The notes beneath the pieces were generated by a model. That model made no database searches, was not told where the DNA came from, and was given only the letters and a program-made list of their open reading frames with translations. A program made the translations under genes and the position numbers. Below are positions 39,164 through 52,993 of a stretch of DNA of 64,000 bases, piece by piece. Source of the DNA: Chrysomallon squamiferum. Taxonomy: Eukaryota > Animalia > Mollusca. The stretch covers positions 27,404,001 to 27,468,000 of the forward strand of contig CM022672.1 in NCBI GenBank assembly GCA_012295275.1. Reading direction: 5' to 3'. Every line of letters begins with the position of its first letter. Position 1 is the first letter of the stretch.

Positions 39164-40894
39164 TTTCAAAGTTTCTGACTTACATGTAAAGCGTAGTGTA
39201 TGAGTAGAATAGACTAAATCTATTAGCAGTCTCTTGAATCTATTTTTTACCTACAAGTTTATAGGTATGTGCTAATGATAACGCTATATCCGATGGGTGT
39301 GTATAAGTATGTCATTATTATGTCAACAGTTATAAAAATAAAAAAATGTTCACGATCGTTGAATTGTTCGGATAAAGAGCCTATAATGAAAAATTAGACT
39401 ATTTTATATACACAATTAAAATCTAATAATACAGAGACTGCGTTTCTTTAGATATTTTTATTATAATTTGTTTTAATTATTATTATTATTTTTTTTTTTA
39501 ATGACATTTTCTTTGCATATTATAAGTGTCGCGAGTGAGAGTCTATATGTCTGTATGTATAAATGTATGTATGAACTTTGTTATCGCTCAAACATATATT
39601 TTTAGTTGTCAGCTACAGCTGTTTGGAGTTATTTAATGCTAATATCAGTGCACGAACTGTTCTGAAATAATGTAATATTTCGCTTAATATGATCGCTATA
39701 TGTCAAACAAATGATCGATACAACATAAAATTCATATGCTTAGACCAATTAGCGAAGCAAACTACATCCCTCATTAGTTACATATCAAATCACCACGGTC
39801 AGATTTCAAAACAGTGCTGTAAAGCTTGTCATAATCCAAAGAAAATCGCATCAGCCGCTTCAGTAAACTAATCCTGTCAATGCAGTCTTACCAAAATAAC
39901 AATGACACCAATCTGCTGAAGCAAATCAGTATTTTGTGTAAGTTTAAATATAATCAGGCTATGTGTGATACAGATTAGCGAGGGAAATGATGGAGTCTAT
40001 AAACTTCACCTGTAGTTTCGAACACTTTCTGAAAAATATTTCTACAAGATGTTGCCACGGACGTTAACTCGCTATATTTTAAATATAAAAGTTTGATGGA
40101 AGGTGACTTACGCTTTTCAGCGGGAAATGTGAATCATGTTTTCCAATAAACACAATGTCATCACAGGAAACTGGGTAACTATTTCGTGTTTTAGGTATTA
40201 CTCTCAAACGTACGTACACAAACAATACACACACACATACACGCAAATACGCAAGCACACACAGAAACATACACATGCGCACAGATCACATTGCATACAC
40301 AAGCTCTTTTTTAATATTATTCAGATATGGACGAGTGTGTGTCTTTTTACGTATGTGTATGGAATTGCGAGTCAATAAATAGCAAATGTTTTTTTTTTTT
40401 AAACAATCATTTTACAGTATATAACTCTAAACTGGTAATTTTAAATAGAGATATTTAAAAAATAGGCTTTTACAAGTATAAAAATATGATCTATTTCACA
40501 AAATTAAATTTTTATTAAATATGAATATAAATTCTTAAAACGACATATATTAACTTCATCAGTTACTTAATTTGCAATTTTTAAATATATATATTATCAT
40601 TATTATTACATTATTATCAGTTTTTTTAAGTTTGCAAATTGATCCTGCATGAAATAACATTATTATTAATACTGTCGTTGGGACTCAAATATAATCTTGT
40701 AGTTGGCAAGGTTTTTTTTTTTTCTTTTTCTTTCTTTTTTTTTTTTTTTTTTTGTTTTTGTTTTTGTTCTTTGTTTTGTTTGTCTTTCTTATTTTCTATC
40801 TATTTTATTTAAAATGAAAACATAATAAAAATTAAACAGTTAAATCGCTTCAGTATTATTGTATCTGAAAATAATGTGAATAATAGATGTGGTA

Positions 40895-41660
40895 TTAGAA
40901 GCAGTAGTAGGAGTAGAAACAATAGCTGTAGTAGTAGCAGTAGTAGGAGTAGAAACAATAGCTGTAGTAGGAGCAGTAGTAGGAGCAGTAGTAGGAGTAG
41001 AAACAATAGCTGTAGTAGTAGCAGCAGTAGGAGTAGAAACAATAGCTGTAGTAGTAGCAGCAGTAGGAGTAGAAACAATAGCTGTAGTAGGAGCAGTAGT
41101 AGGAGTAGAAACAATAGCTGTAGTAGGAGCAGTAGTAGGAGTAGAAACATAGCTGTAGTAGGAGCAGCAGTAGGAGTAGAAAACAATAGCTGTAGTAGGA
41201 GCAGTAGTAGGAGTAGAAACAATAGCTGTAGTAGGAGCAGTAGTAGGAGTAGAAACAATAGCTGTAGTAGGAGCAGTAGTAGGAGTAGAAACAATAGCTG
41301 TAGTAGTAGCAGTAGTAGGAGTAGAAACAATAGCTGTAGTAGTAGCAGCAGTAGGAGTAGAAACAATAGCTGTAGTAGTAGCAGCAGTAGGAGTAGAAAC
41401 AATAGCTGTAGTAGTAGTAGTAGTAGTAGTAGTAGAATAGAAACAATAGCTGTAGTAATAGCAGCAGTAGTAATGATAAAACAATAGCTGTAGTAGTAGC
41501 AGTAGTAGTAGTAATAATAGGAATAGTGGTAGTCGTTGTAAACAATAGCTGTAGTAGTAGGAGTAGTGGTAATCGAGTCATAATAGTAGTAATAGTAGTA
41601 GCAATAGCTGTAGTAGGAGCAGTAGTAGTAGTAGTAACAGTAATATTAGCAGCTACAGCA
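40895..41660. repeat. 36-bp minisatellite (~14 regular units plus a degenerate tail)
   Basis: Unit GTAGGAGTAGAAACAATAGCTGTAGTAG(G/T)AGCAG(T/C)A. The GAAACAATAGCT core recurs every 36 bp from ~40916 to ~41396 (one 48-bp interval), then decays into (GTA/ATA)n. Confidence 0.95.
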
Positions 41661-43559
41661 GCTGTACTATCAGTAATAGTAGTTATACTAGCAGTACTAG
41701 TAATACTGTATGCTGGAAGTATGATAAAAGTACTACTATACATCCAATACAATTTATTTGTTTACATCGGAAAGAATTAAACTAAAATTACAAATACATT
41801 TTGAAAGTACCTAAGAATATGTGTTTCTTCCTTCCACCTTTCTTTTTTAATTTTCATTTCCCATTGTCATCATACATCGGAATAGCTGCAAATAGCTGGA
41901 AGTTACGATCTCTTCAACAATTTCTCGTGACCGATCTTCGTTTTCTTCTTCTTTTTTATCCAGTAATCCATAATTAAGATAAGTGATTATTTTCCAAAGA
42001 AGGCAAACAATGACTTTGAATCTGTTATGTTGGTCGTAATAAGTAAGCTGGTGTTTCTTTTAAAACCACCGACACCTAGAGAAATTTACAAGCTATTTTC
42101 GTAATTATAATACGCACCGAAGTAAATTTTTGGATTAAAAAAGAAAAAGAAGCAGAAGCAGAAGAAAAGATATTTAATTACATGCAATAATGTTGTAGGT
42201 TCTTTTAATTTAAACCGAAAACATTTAATTGTAACCCTCCACTAATTGTACATTACCTGCGGTATGGAATATCGTACTAATGACAGTTCAAAATGTCCAT
42301 AATTATATATATGTGCATGTATATATATGAGTATGTGTGCGTGTTTTCTGAAATTCAAATCGTCTTGTTTGCTACAAGCTCATCGTTGAGAACCACTCTG
42401 CTAAACCCTTCTTTTAAAACTACATTGCCGTCATCACCTCTCAAGTGAGAGTGGGCCGGAGTAGAACGAAAGTCGGTTGTTTTTGTTAACAGAAAGTCGT
42501 CTGTTCAGTAATGTTTTGCTTCGCAGGTAAGGAAAGAGAGTCTGGTGTTGTGTATTTTTGATTGAGAAAGTATTACTGTCGTTGTCATCGATTGCAAGAC
42601 AAACACAAGCTGAGATAATGATGATGGGGAATAAGACAGTGATGTGTCCGGTCAGACTGCGGTTACCTAACAGTCTCAGTAAATTCCTGTTTAAATGGCT
42701 ATTTTTTTATATTATATTTTAATTTTTTTATATTATATTTTAATTTTTTTATTTTTTATTTTTTTTATTTTTTTTATTTTTTTATTATTATTATTCAAAG
42801 TTTCAAACTGAAAACAAACAAATAAATTAAAAATAAATTAATTAATTAATTAAAATCAAACAGAATAAAATAAAATAAATACATGACATGCAAGGTGAAA
42901 AATATATTTATATAATAACTAATTAGTAAAATCGATCAGTTTTGCTTGTAGTGCTGATAAAATAATTATATATATATATATATATAATTTTTTTTTTTTT
43001 TTTTTTTTATTATTATTATTATTTTTGTTTTAAAGTACCTAAGCACATTTACTGAAAGAGATATGTTGTTTTGTTTTTCTTTTTGTATTACTTTGTTTCT
43101 TCTTCTTTTTCTTCGTTGTTTTTGTTTTTATATCCCAAGTTACAAACTTGTATGTTTTAACATATCAGTGTAAAAGATACATTTATTAACATCTCCTTTC
43201 TTTACACAAACATTTGCATAAAAACGTTTTATTTCAAAGACTGTTTTTCTACATGTTTATTGCTGTCACTAAGCTGTCAATGTTCTGCATCCGTTCGGTC
43301 CAAATCTTCCATTAATAAACCAACCAGATTGCGTTGCGACACTAAACTTTGATGTCGGCGGATTTACGTAACATTCGAAAACACGATACTGGTAGATACT
43401 TGCCAAAACACGCTGTCCAAACGAGTGCTTACCTGTCTACGACGTATTTTACAATCTACCAGCCCGCAGGAATTAACACTTCCTACAATAAACGTTTAGA
43501 TAATAATTAATCCCGCAGGCCGTTGTAATTTAATCACTTGAAAGTATTGCATTGTTCGC

Positions 43560-43860
43560 GACAACTGGCCAATTCTTTTTTGTGTGGAGGAAGGAAACGA
43601 TTGGGGTTACTTATGGGTTTCTGCAATTGAAAGAAGGAGGAGCTTAATAGTCATTTAATTTATCATGTGATAATCAGAGCTTTCCCAACAGTTTGTGGCC
43701 AAACAGTGAAAAAGGCCAAGAGTGGACGCTGTTTCTTCATTCAGCAAACTACCAGCGCTTTAAGCAGAGCTAAAGTCTAGAAGAAGACACACACACATTT
43801 TTTTATTTCTACGCCGAGTTGAAGAAAGGATTACTGGAGTGTCAATGCTATACTATACAA
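43560..43860 (+). promoter_or_regulatory. Probable proximal promoter/5' region of cdc25 paralog 1
   Basis: CCAAT (43569-43573) and inverted ATTGG (43600-43604) are 31 bp apart, in a GC-richer island upstream of the acceptor at 44173-44174. Confidence 0.35.
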
Positions 43861-44195
43861 GTACGGCTTGTATTTAGAAAAGTAAAACTTACATGTTTTG
43901 ACATGAAAGGATTTATGTGTACAACATTTGGAGAACTATGTGAAAAAGCCGATGTAAATAACAAACATCAGTAAATAGTGATGCAAAGTTAATTTAATAT
44001 TAATAAACTGGTACAGAGTTTATTTTATTATTATTATTATTCCTCTTTCCCTCATTTGAATTAATTTCTAATTTTTGTTTATCCTAACATTTTTATATTT
44101 TCTGTCATTTTATATTCTTTTGTATGTATGCATGTAATAAATATATAACTTTATTTTGTTCTCAATTTTCGCAGCTAAATCTTTTGGAGGAAAAC

Positions 44196-45609
44196 ATGCA
44201 AAATCTAGTTTTTGATAGTCCCGGTGGTTTGATGACGTCATCACCACGAAGTTCTAGTCCAGCTGCTCTTTCACTGTTACAGCTTGAAGACGAGATGTCA
44301 CGTGACAGTGGATTCGGTTCTCCAGATTGTGTATTTCAAAAGGTAGGTAAAAAAAACTGGTTCGTGTCATTTTAAGTTTAATACTGAGAGATAAAGAATA
44401 AACCTTCACAGATATCTTTTCTCTCTCTCAGGCTTTAAATCGTAAGTTTTTATTTATTTTGACGTGTTCCTGTTACTGACTGCTACGTTATCTACATACA
44501 AAACGAAGTAGTTATATTCTAACGAAAATTAACTATGTTACGATGGTTATTTTAGGATGAATCAATTTGGTTTCTTATTTCTTATTTTTATTCATTTATT
44601 TATTTATTATATAAAATAATAAACATTTTATTATTTTTATTATTAATATTATATTTTAAAATAAATTATTTATAAAGAATATTTTTACTTTATGTTATTA
44701 TTCTTCCAGTTATAACTGGTGTACATAACGAGTTCTTGGTAATTGTACTGTTTGTTTTGACAGATGTATGCTAGAACAGGAATACCCGTGTGAGTTGTTA
44801 TTTGTTTAACAGGGGTTGTTACTTGTCAGATACAATGAATATTTAAAGAACTTTTAAAGATTTATAAGTGGTGATATTTTCATGTGGCTTGTAAAACATT
44901 TTTGAATATCAGAGAGAAAGAAAGAAAGTTACTTCATAATACAGTCAGATTCGTTAGCTTGAAATCTCTGAATGAAAATGGAAATAAAATAACTAAATAA
45001 GGATAATTATGTTTTGAAATACACATTCGTGTGACACAAACCAGACATCTACAGCCAATGAAATCATTAAATATATCCTGGGTCTTCGCTACGCCTGGTC
45101 TGCCAAATGAAAGCATTGTTTATTGTTCGAGCTTATTTCACCAAGCCCATCAGTGATTATGGGATGCTAAAGGCACCCCCCTCTCCCCTCAAAAAACAAA
45201 ACAAAACGAAGACAGCTCCCAATGTCTGTGAACATTAGACTACTGAAGATTTAAGATTGATGTCACGCTTCCACTTTTAGTGTACGTACAAAGTTTCTAC
45301 TACGGTCCAAAGTGAAAGTGACTGGACTGAAAGTCTCCCTTCAGTCGTTAAATCTTCCGATTTGGTTGGATGCTTGGTCGGTCTGTAGGCGCGGTCTTGC
45401 CTGCTGTTATGTCACTGTGGATACAGATGCAGTTTTGTAGCAGAGTTGAAATACATCAGGCTTGTGATAAACATACTTTTTTTATAACCATGATGAATAT
45501 ACAGACAGTAATTATGAGGTGGCGTTGAAAACGGAATAGTAAGATCGACGATGATGGTAAATTGTGCATAGTTAATGGTATATCACTACTGCTGCTGCTA
45601 CTACTACTT

Positions 45610-45683
<74 letters not shown>

Positions 45684-47311
45684 TATTATTGCTGTTCTTA
45701 TTGCTGTTATTGTTGTCTAGTGACTAAAGAAATTCAAACTAAAGAAAAGAACAACGAAAAATATTAGTGTTATTTTATAAAGAGCGACAGAAAAATAAAG
45801 AGGCAGAAAACTAAAAGGTAACAGATTTTGGCCTTCTTTTAGTAAATTTAACATCTTCCTCCAACGGATATTGTTCTACAATCACTGAAACACTTTTCTT
45901 TTTCTAAAAAAAAAATACAATAACGTTATCATTCTGTGTCTCACATTTAATGTTTTGTTTCAGGATGGCTCGGAAAACTGTGGCCAGTGTCTCAACAAGT
46001 GAGGATTCAAGAGAGAGAAAATCCTCTCGCCGCTGTTTGTTCACTGACCTCAAGTCGGCTTTCGCCTCAAAAAGATCGCATGCAGACGACGAGGATTTGG
46101 GCAGTGCGTTCAAGCGTATTCGAGTACAAGACACTCTGGATTATCAGGTAGATAGACAGATGTTATCTTTATGTTTTTGTTTATCGCTATTGTTAGTAAA
46201 ATAAATATTAAGTAGTTGAGGCAAATTTTTCAGGAACATATATTTTACGGATAATTTACGGACATATACTGTTATAAGTGAATATATTTACTAGGACTAT
46301 TTTTTTTTATTATTTTGTCATACTATGACTAATCAGTACTGTTTTTGTAAAATGGCGAAACTGTATTTAGTTAAATATAATGTTACTTTGAGTTACATAT
46401 AAAATTATTCAATTATTATTCGTATGAATAGTGAATTTGTTAATTTAAAGTTTTGATCCTTATTGTAAACCTTTATCTTTTCAGTTATGTCTAAGCCCGC
46501 CTTTAAATAGTCTGCACCAATCAGAAGGTTCGACACATGACCAAGTAAAGTCAGCCGTTGACAGACTACAGAGAACAGAAAATCTCATTGGAGATGGCTC
46601 TCAGGTATAAATATCAAAATTGTTTTCCTTTCTTTTTTAAAAATTATTACTATTATTATTTTTTGGTTTAGTTTTACTTTTTGTTGTTCTTTTGTTTATT
46701 TATGTATTTATTTTATTTTATTTTATTTTATTTTATTTTATTTTATTTTTTGTCGTTTTTATTTTTTTTATTTTTTTATTATTTTTTATCCTGTTTGTTA
46801 CATAATATTATTATATAATAAATTAAATTTTGATTTTCATTTTTTTAATATCAGAACCACGTATTACCTACAACAAGTGGGAGACACCAGGATCTCAAAT
46901 CTATAAGTCCACAAACAGTGAGTAATTGTTTAATATTCTTAAAATTAACATCTAAATATCGAAATCATGAAAAATCTCGAAAAATGCTAAAAATATTTAA
47001 AGTGTATATCACCAGATATTAATATTTATTAACAGTTGATTATTTTTTCTTAATTTTATTTTCTGCAAATGTTGAGTTCATTTCATACATTTGATATTCA
47101 GGTTTACGATTTACTTCGAGGGAATTATCGTCACCTTATCAAGCATCACGATATTATCGACTGCAGATATCCGTATGAGTTCGAAGGTGGACATATACTA
47201 GTAAGTAATCTGATGTACTAAGTTTCTGAATAATTCAGTCTCTCTCGTTCTCTTTCTTACTTTCTCTTTATCGTTCTCTCACCCCTCTCTCCTTTTCTTT
47301 GTCTCTTTTCT

Positions 47312-47344
<33 letters not shown>

Positions 47345-48055
47345 CGCTATTTCTATCTTTTTCTTTATATTTTTCTTTCTTTCTCTAACGTAAGCTCTCT
47401 CTCTCTCCCCTACCCCCTCTCTCTCCCCCAACCCATCTCTTTCTCATCAATGTATATTTAATATTTCAGGGGGCAATAAATGTGTACACAGAAGAAGGAA
47501 TCCTTGAGCTTCTTGAAAATCATCATTCCGAAGGTGGAAGACATGTTCTCATCTTTCACTGTGAATATTCTTCACAGAGGGCGCCCAAACTGTAAGCAAC
47601 TGCTGACTTATTTAGAAAGGTTACTTGTTAAACTGGTAATTCAGCAACTCTGTTAGTCTGTAAGGATTATACGCTTTGGGTGCATATACTATATACGAAA
47701 TGACGTCACAAAAACAAAATCAGCCTCCATAAATCATTAACATATTTTGTTATTAAAAGAGGTTTGGATCGAATAAGAATTAAAAATTAAAAAAAAAAAT
47801 AAATAATAATAAGACGGACCAAAATATATATATATATATAACTACAGTGTATGATACCATAAATATATACTTTAATAACAAAGCACGGATACCTTGTTTT
47901 TAGAATAGTAAGCAGGTAGCAGTGGATTATTAACGAAAGTATTAAAATAAATGTATTTAATACGTCTGGATTTTATTTTTTTATTTTATTTTATTTTATT
48001 TTATTTTATTTTATTTTATTTTATTTTGTATTTTGTATTTTGTATTTTTTTTTGT

Positions 48056-48091
<36 letters not shown>

Positions 48092-48362
48092 TTATTTAAT
48101 TATATTGTATAAGACCGCACAGCATTATATTAACTTATTTTCTTGTTATTTTTTATTATAGGATGCGGCTACTTCGAAGTCAAGACAGAAAAGCAAACAG
48201 CGACAAATATCCGTTTTTATACTACCCAGAGATCTACTTGCTGGAAGGCGGGTACAAGGAATTCTTTGCCTGTCACAAGGTATGCTTGATATTTCTCTAC
48301 TTTTTATAATATACGCGTGTTTTTATGTTGTTATCAGATAACAGCCTTACTTGTATGAAACA

Positions 48363-48401
<39 letters not shown>

Positions 48402-48777
48402 AAATCGGATAAATATCAATCCACACGCACATAAACGCACACACACATACACAGAGAGAAATATACACATAAATAAAAACAGAAACAAACGAACTTTTAT
48501 TATATATATATATATTTTATTATTATTATTATTTTTTTTTTTTTATTAAAACAAATATGTTAATCTATGAAACTGTGTTAGTATTTTGTATAACTGATAT
48601 TGTTATATATATTGTATTCAGGATTTCTGCCTTCCCCAAGCTTATCTGTCAATGCATCATGAAGATCATGCAGCAGATTTACGTCACTTCCGAGTCAAAT
48701 CAAAATCGTGGACAGCCGGTGAAAACCGAGGTCGATCGAGGAGATCTTTAATTGGTCAATCTCCTTTGTTTTCCTAA
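44196..48777 (+). CDS. CDC25: M-phase inducer phosphatase (Cdc25 family), paralog 1 (9 coding exons, ~344 aa)
   Basis: Exons 44196-44342, 44764-44789 (26-nt microexon needed for phase), 45964-46147, 46485-46604, 46855-46917, 47102-47200, 47470-47591, 48162-48279, 48622-48777 (TAA). Motifs: [80 protein letters not shown]. The start codon and N-terminal exons are less certain than the catalytic exons. Confidence 0.94.
45612..45690. repeat. (ATT)n microsatellite
   Basis: ATT run in an intron of cdc25 paralog 1. Confidence 0.95.
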
Positions 48778-49718
48778 ACACTATCTATAAGACTAAAAGA
48801 TTAAAAAAAATAAGAAGAAAACCTTGCAATTAAAAAGGAAAACATGAATGGAGTAGTAAAAAGAAAAAGAGTACATACTAGGTATTTCCAGACTTTTTTC
48901 TAAAGTGAAAGCAGTGCTATATTAAATGAATATAATATTAATAATAGTTAATAAACTATTTGGTATAAAAAGAAAACACAACACAACAGAATAAAAATGC
49001 ATTGGAAAATGATTTTCAGCGACTGATTTTCAGAAAATAATTTAAATTCGGTTGTTTTAACGTCATGACGTAATTTGGTCTCTATGCAGTTCCAGAATGG
49101 GAGAAACAAAAGAAGAAAATTTTCTTTTTAAATATTCTAAAGGCTTAAAAATTATTTTGATCCAAGTTGTCGCTACTCATTCAAGAGGACGAGTAGTCAT
49201 GAATCTCATTAATTTGTCGACTATATATTTTCGGTGAAAATATTTTTGATTACGATTTCGAAACTTTAGTCTTTTTTTTTGAACGTTCAAAAAAGACGTT
49301 TCGATACGCCTGTGTTTATAATATCTGCAATGGATATTAAAACTGAGAAGTCAAAAAAAAACAACAACAACGAAACAATCTGTAAAAAAAAAGAAAAAAA
49401 GGAGGAGAATAAGAATGAAAAACTTTTCATAGATTATTAAGACAATAACTGACTTTTTAAAGCGGTTCGTGTTAGAAATTGCAATATGGTGGACATAGAT
49501 TTATAAGTTTTGTTTCGATGGAGAATCTCTCTGACTGGTGTTGACTTGTGTTTGGTGAACTATTCCGTGGACGTACAATGCTTGGCTCATCTTCATTTGT
49601 ATCTCTCCCAGACCAACGTCTGGACTGCTACCAGTGCAATACAAAACAAAACAAGAAAAACTGGCTGTGATAACATTTCTTGTAACATGTCATTTTAATT
49701 TTTGTAATTTTAATTTTA

Positions 49719-49769
<51 letters not shown>

Positions 49770-50039
49770 AAATATCTTATTCTACTCTATCTCTACTTTT
49801 TTCCTTCTTTGACTATCATTTCCTCTTTTCTTTTCTCTTTTCTGTTCTCTTTTCTGTTCTCTCTCTTTTCCTGTAATTTCCTTCCTTTGTGTACAGTTGT
49901 AAATTACAGACATGTGGTAAATAAAATATTTAAATAAATATTTGGAGTTTTGTTTCTCTTTTTTACGTTTGATAAATTTGTGAAAAAAACAAAATATGTC
50001 TCTGAGTGTATGTGTTTGTCTTGTGTTAATAATATATAT

Positions 50040-50082
<43 letters not shown>

Positions 50083-50618
50083 TAATAAAATAATCCTATT
50101 CATGTTGATATGTAAATGAATTAGTAAACATAATTGTAAAATGAATAATATTATAACTCAATTAAATTTCAACTATAAAACAAATATATTTACTTTTAGT
50201 TATCTGCGTTAGAAATATATCGATGTACAGTAAACTAGTACATAATGGAATTTTAAATGTGTGGGAAGTTCAGATAAGTGTTACATTTACTCCAAATATC
50301 AAACGATTTGCTTTTATATGTTTTTATTCCCGTGAGTTAATGTAAAATGGACACTAAAGCGTGAAATCTAAATTATATACATTATACGACAAAAACCTGT
50401 TAGAAAGCAATAACAATGAAAAATTAAAACCTCTGACTTAATTACAACCTTAATAAACTCGAAATTGTCTGTCACCAGGGGGATTAACTCTATATTGCTG
50501 GGACCACCTTTAAGAACAAACAGAAGGGTTGTGTGAGGATTACTTAAAATTCGTCTTTCGCTTTGTTTATTTTTGTAAATAAAACTGGCGTCCAGATAAA
50601 ACTTTTGAGTTTTTTTGG

Positions 50619-50671
<53 letters not shown>

Positions 50672-51044
50672 CTGAGAAAGAAAATATAATGTCTGAAACT
50701 TTTTACCCCATTAATAGGACCAATTTTCGTTTTTCGTTTTTTTTTTTTTTTTTTTTTTGCTTTTTTAATGGGTGTTTGTTTGTTGTTGTTTTGGGACGTT
50801 TTGGCAGGGTTTTGGGAGGGGTTTATGAATACTTAAATAAAGTAAAGTAAATAGTTAATTAAATAATGAAACTAAAAACCGTTTTATGTTCTAGAATAAA
50901 CTAGACTTACTTGGTTTATCTTCAACAGTTCTGTATCAAAAGTTAAACTTTAAGCTACATTTACTCTTTTTAACACGGAGAATTCCTTTCATCGATTTTT
51001 TACTATTCCATTAAATAATTAAATAGTCGTGCTGTAACTGTTCA

Positions 51045-51061
51045 ATAATAATAATAATAAT

Positions 51062-51130
<69 letters not shown>
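51045..51130. repeat. Compound (AAT)n(GA)n microsatellite
   Basis: Direct reading of the sequence. Confidence 0.95.
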
Positions 51131-51134
<4 letters not shown>

Positions 51135-52883
51135 GATGACACACCACCTCTCTGTCTCCTAAGATGCAATTTTAAGGTTTATAATTGTTTTATAGCACTT
51201 AACACACTCATCATTGTTGAGAAAACAAATTAATTAATCACTCATCGAAAAAACAACAGTTATGAAGATAGCAAAACAGTAAAGAATTTTTACTGTTGTG
51301 AAAGATGAATGTTAATAGGAAACAATAGATTACCGTGGATTATATTTCAAGCAATTATAGTTTGATATTGTCAGTGATTATAATTTAACATTTTTGTGAT
51401 TTCAGTCTGTTTGCATGTCTAAATTAAATGTTCATTGTTACCATACACTAATAAATAAACAACATAATTGTACAGATAAAATAATTTATATAAATATCGT
51501 TTATAACTTTACAAATTTATAATTTATTAATCTCAGTAGTATTAATATGCGCACTTAAACATTTTAAATGCGCAAAAAGGGGTAAAAGATTTACATCTAT
51601 GTGCAAGAGCCTGTAATATGTAATAAACTTTAAATTTTAATAAATAAATAAATAAATATTTTGATATATGTTTATACATACACATGTATGTACAGCCATA
51701 TTTCAGTTTCTTAGTATCAAACTGTTTTTGGTTGTTGTTGTTTTTTTTTTTAAACTTTTGCGCACACACACATACACACACACACACAAGTTTATGATAG
51801 TCAAATTGTTTTGACAACTGGTCAATAAAACTAATTCAGAAAAACTACCAGACTGTATCCTACGTATCAGTAAACAAACTATTATAAGGTATCAGTTTGT
51901 GTTGTATTAACTGTGTGATTATCCCATCTCTAAATGAAGAGCAACAAAATAACAGCGACCCTTTTTTCATTGTTTTGTTTTCTCTGTTGTTGTTTGCGAG
52001 ACTCCATCGTATGACTTTATCATCTTGAACTGACGGAAGAGAACAAAAAAACGAGTTTACTGGAAGAAAATATTGAAAAGTGGTGTTAATTTAAAGAGGT
52101 CTATTAAGCCAGATGTGGTTATCTTTGTCTCAGATGGAAGTGTTTTATCACAATGGCTGCATTGTCGATGGTCACGTCAAGGTGTTTGTGATTATTTATT
52201 CCAACAGGCTTAACCTAAAGCTAAACAGTCCGCTGTTATTGTTCTGTCTTATTAAAGGTATCTGTTTACGTTCAGGCGCCCAGGTGATTAATTGTTGTCT
52301 TATTTTATGTTCGACTGTCTGTGGATATATTAAGCGGAGACAAACTCTGTTTCTTGACGTTTTCTCTTGTTGTTGCTTTAATGAGTAGAATTAATGGAGA
52401 ATTTGTTACAAAAACTTCTCCAGTAAAATGATGATGATAATTATTATTGATATTAATTTCTATTATTATTATATTATTGTTGTTGTTGTTGTTGTTGTTA
52501 TATATTATTATGTATTATTATTATATATTATTTATATTTATTAGTAGTAGTAGTAGTAGTAATAAAAGCAGTAGTAGCAGTTGTAGCAGTTGCAGCTAGT
52601 ACTGTCATTATGATAATGACAGTGAATGCTTCAAAATGTGCGTGCGTGTGTGTGTGTTTGTGTCTGTTTGTGTGTGTGTGTGAGTGTGTGTGTGTGTGTG
52701 AATGGGGCCACTTCGCATATTTGTTTCATCAGAATATAAAGGAAAAATATTAATTAATAAATAAAATAAAATTGTAAAAACTAATGTGAAATGTCCTCGA
52801 GTAAAATCAAATTGTCGAAAATATTTTTTATCTTATGCGATCAAACTGAAAAAACACTGATAAAGGAAAATTCCACGTCCGTC

Positions 52884-52993
<110 letters not shown>

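Noticed and set aside
40809-41780. Long ORFs (197-285 aa) in several frames
   Set aside because: They are products of a stop-poor 36-bp tandem repeat and are open on both strands. Not called as CDS.
48778-49950. CPE/ARE motifs in cdc25 3'UTRs
   Set aside because: TTTTAT, TTTTAAT and ATTTA are ubiquitous in this AT-rich DNA, so enrichment cannot be claimed without statistics.
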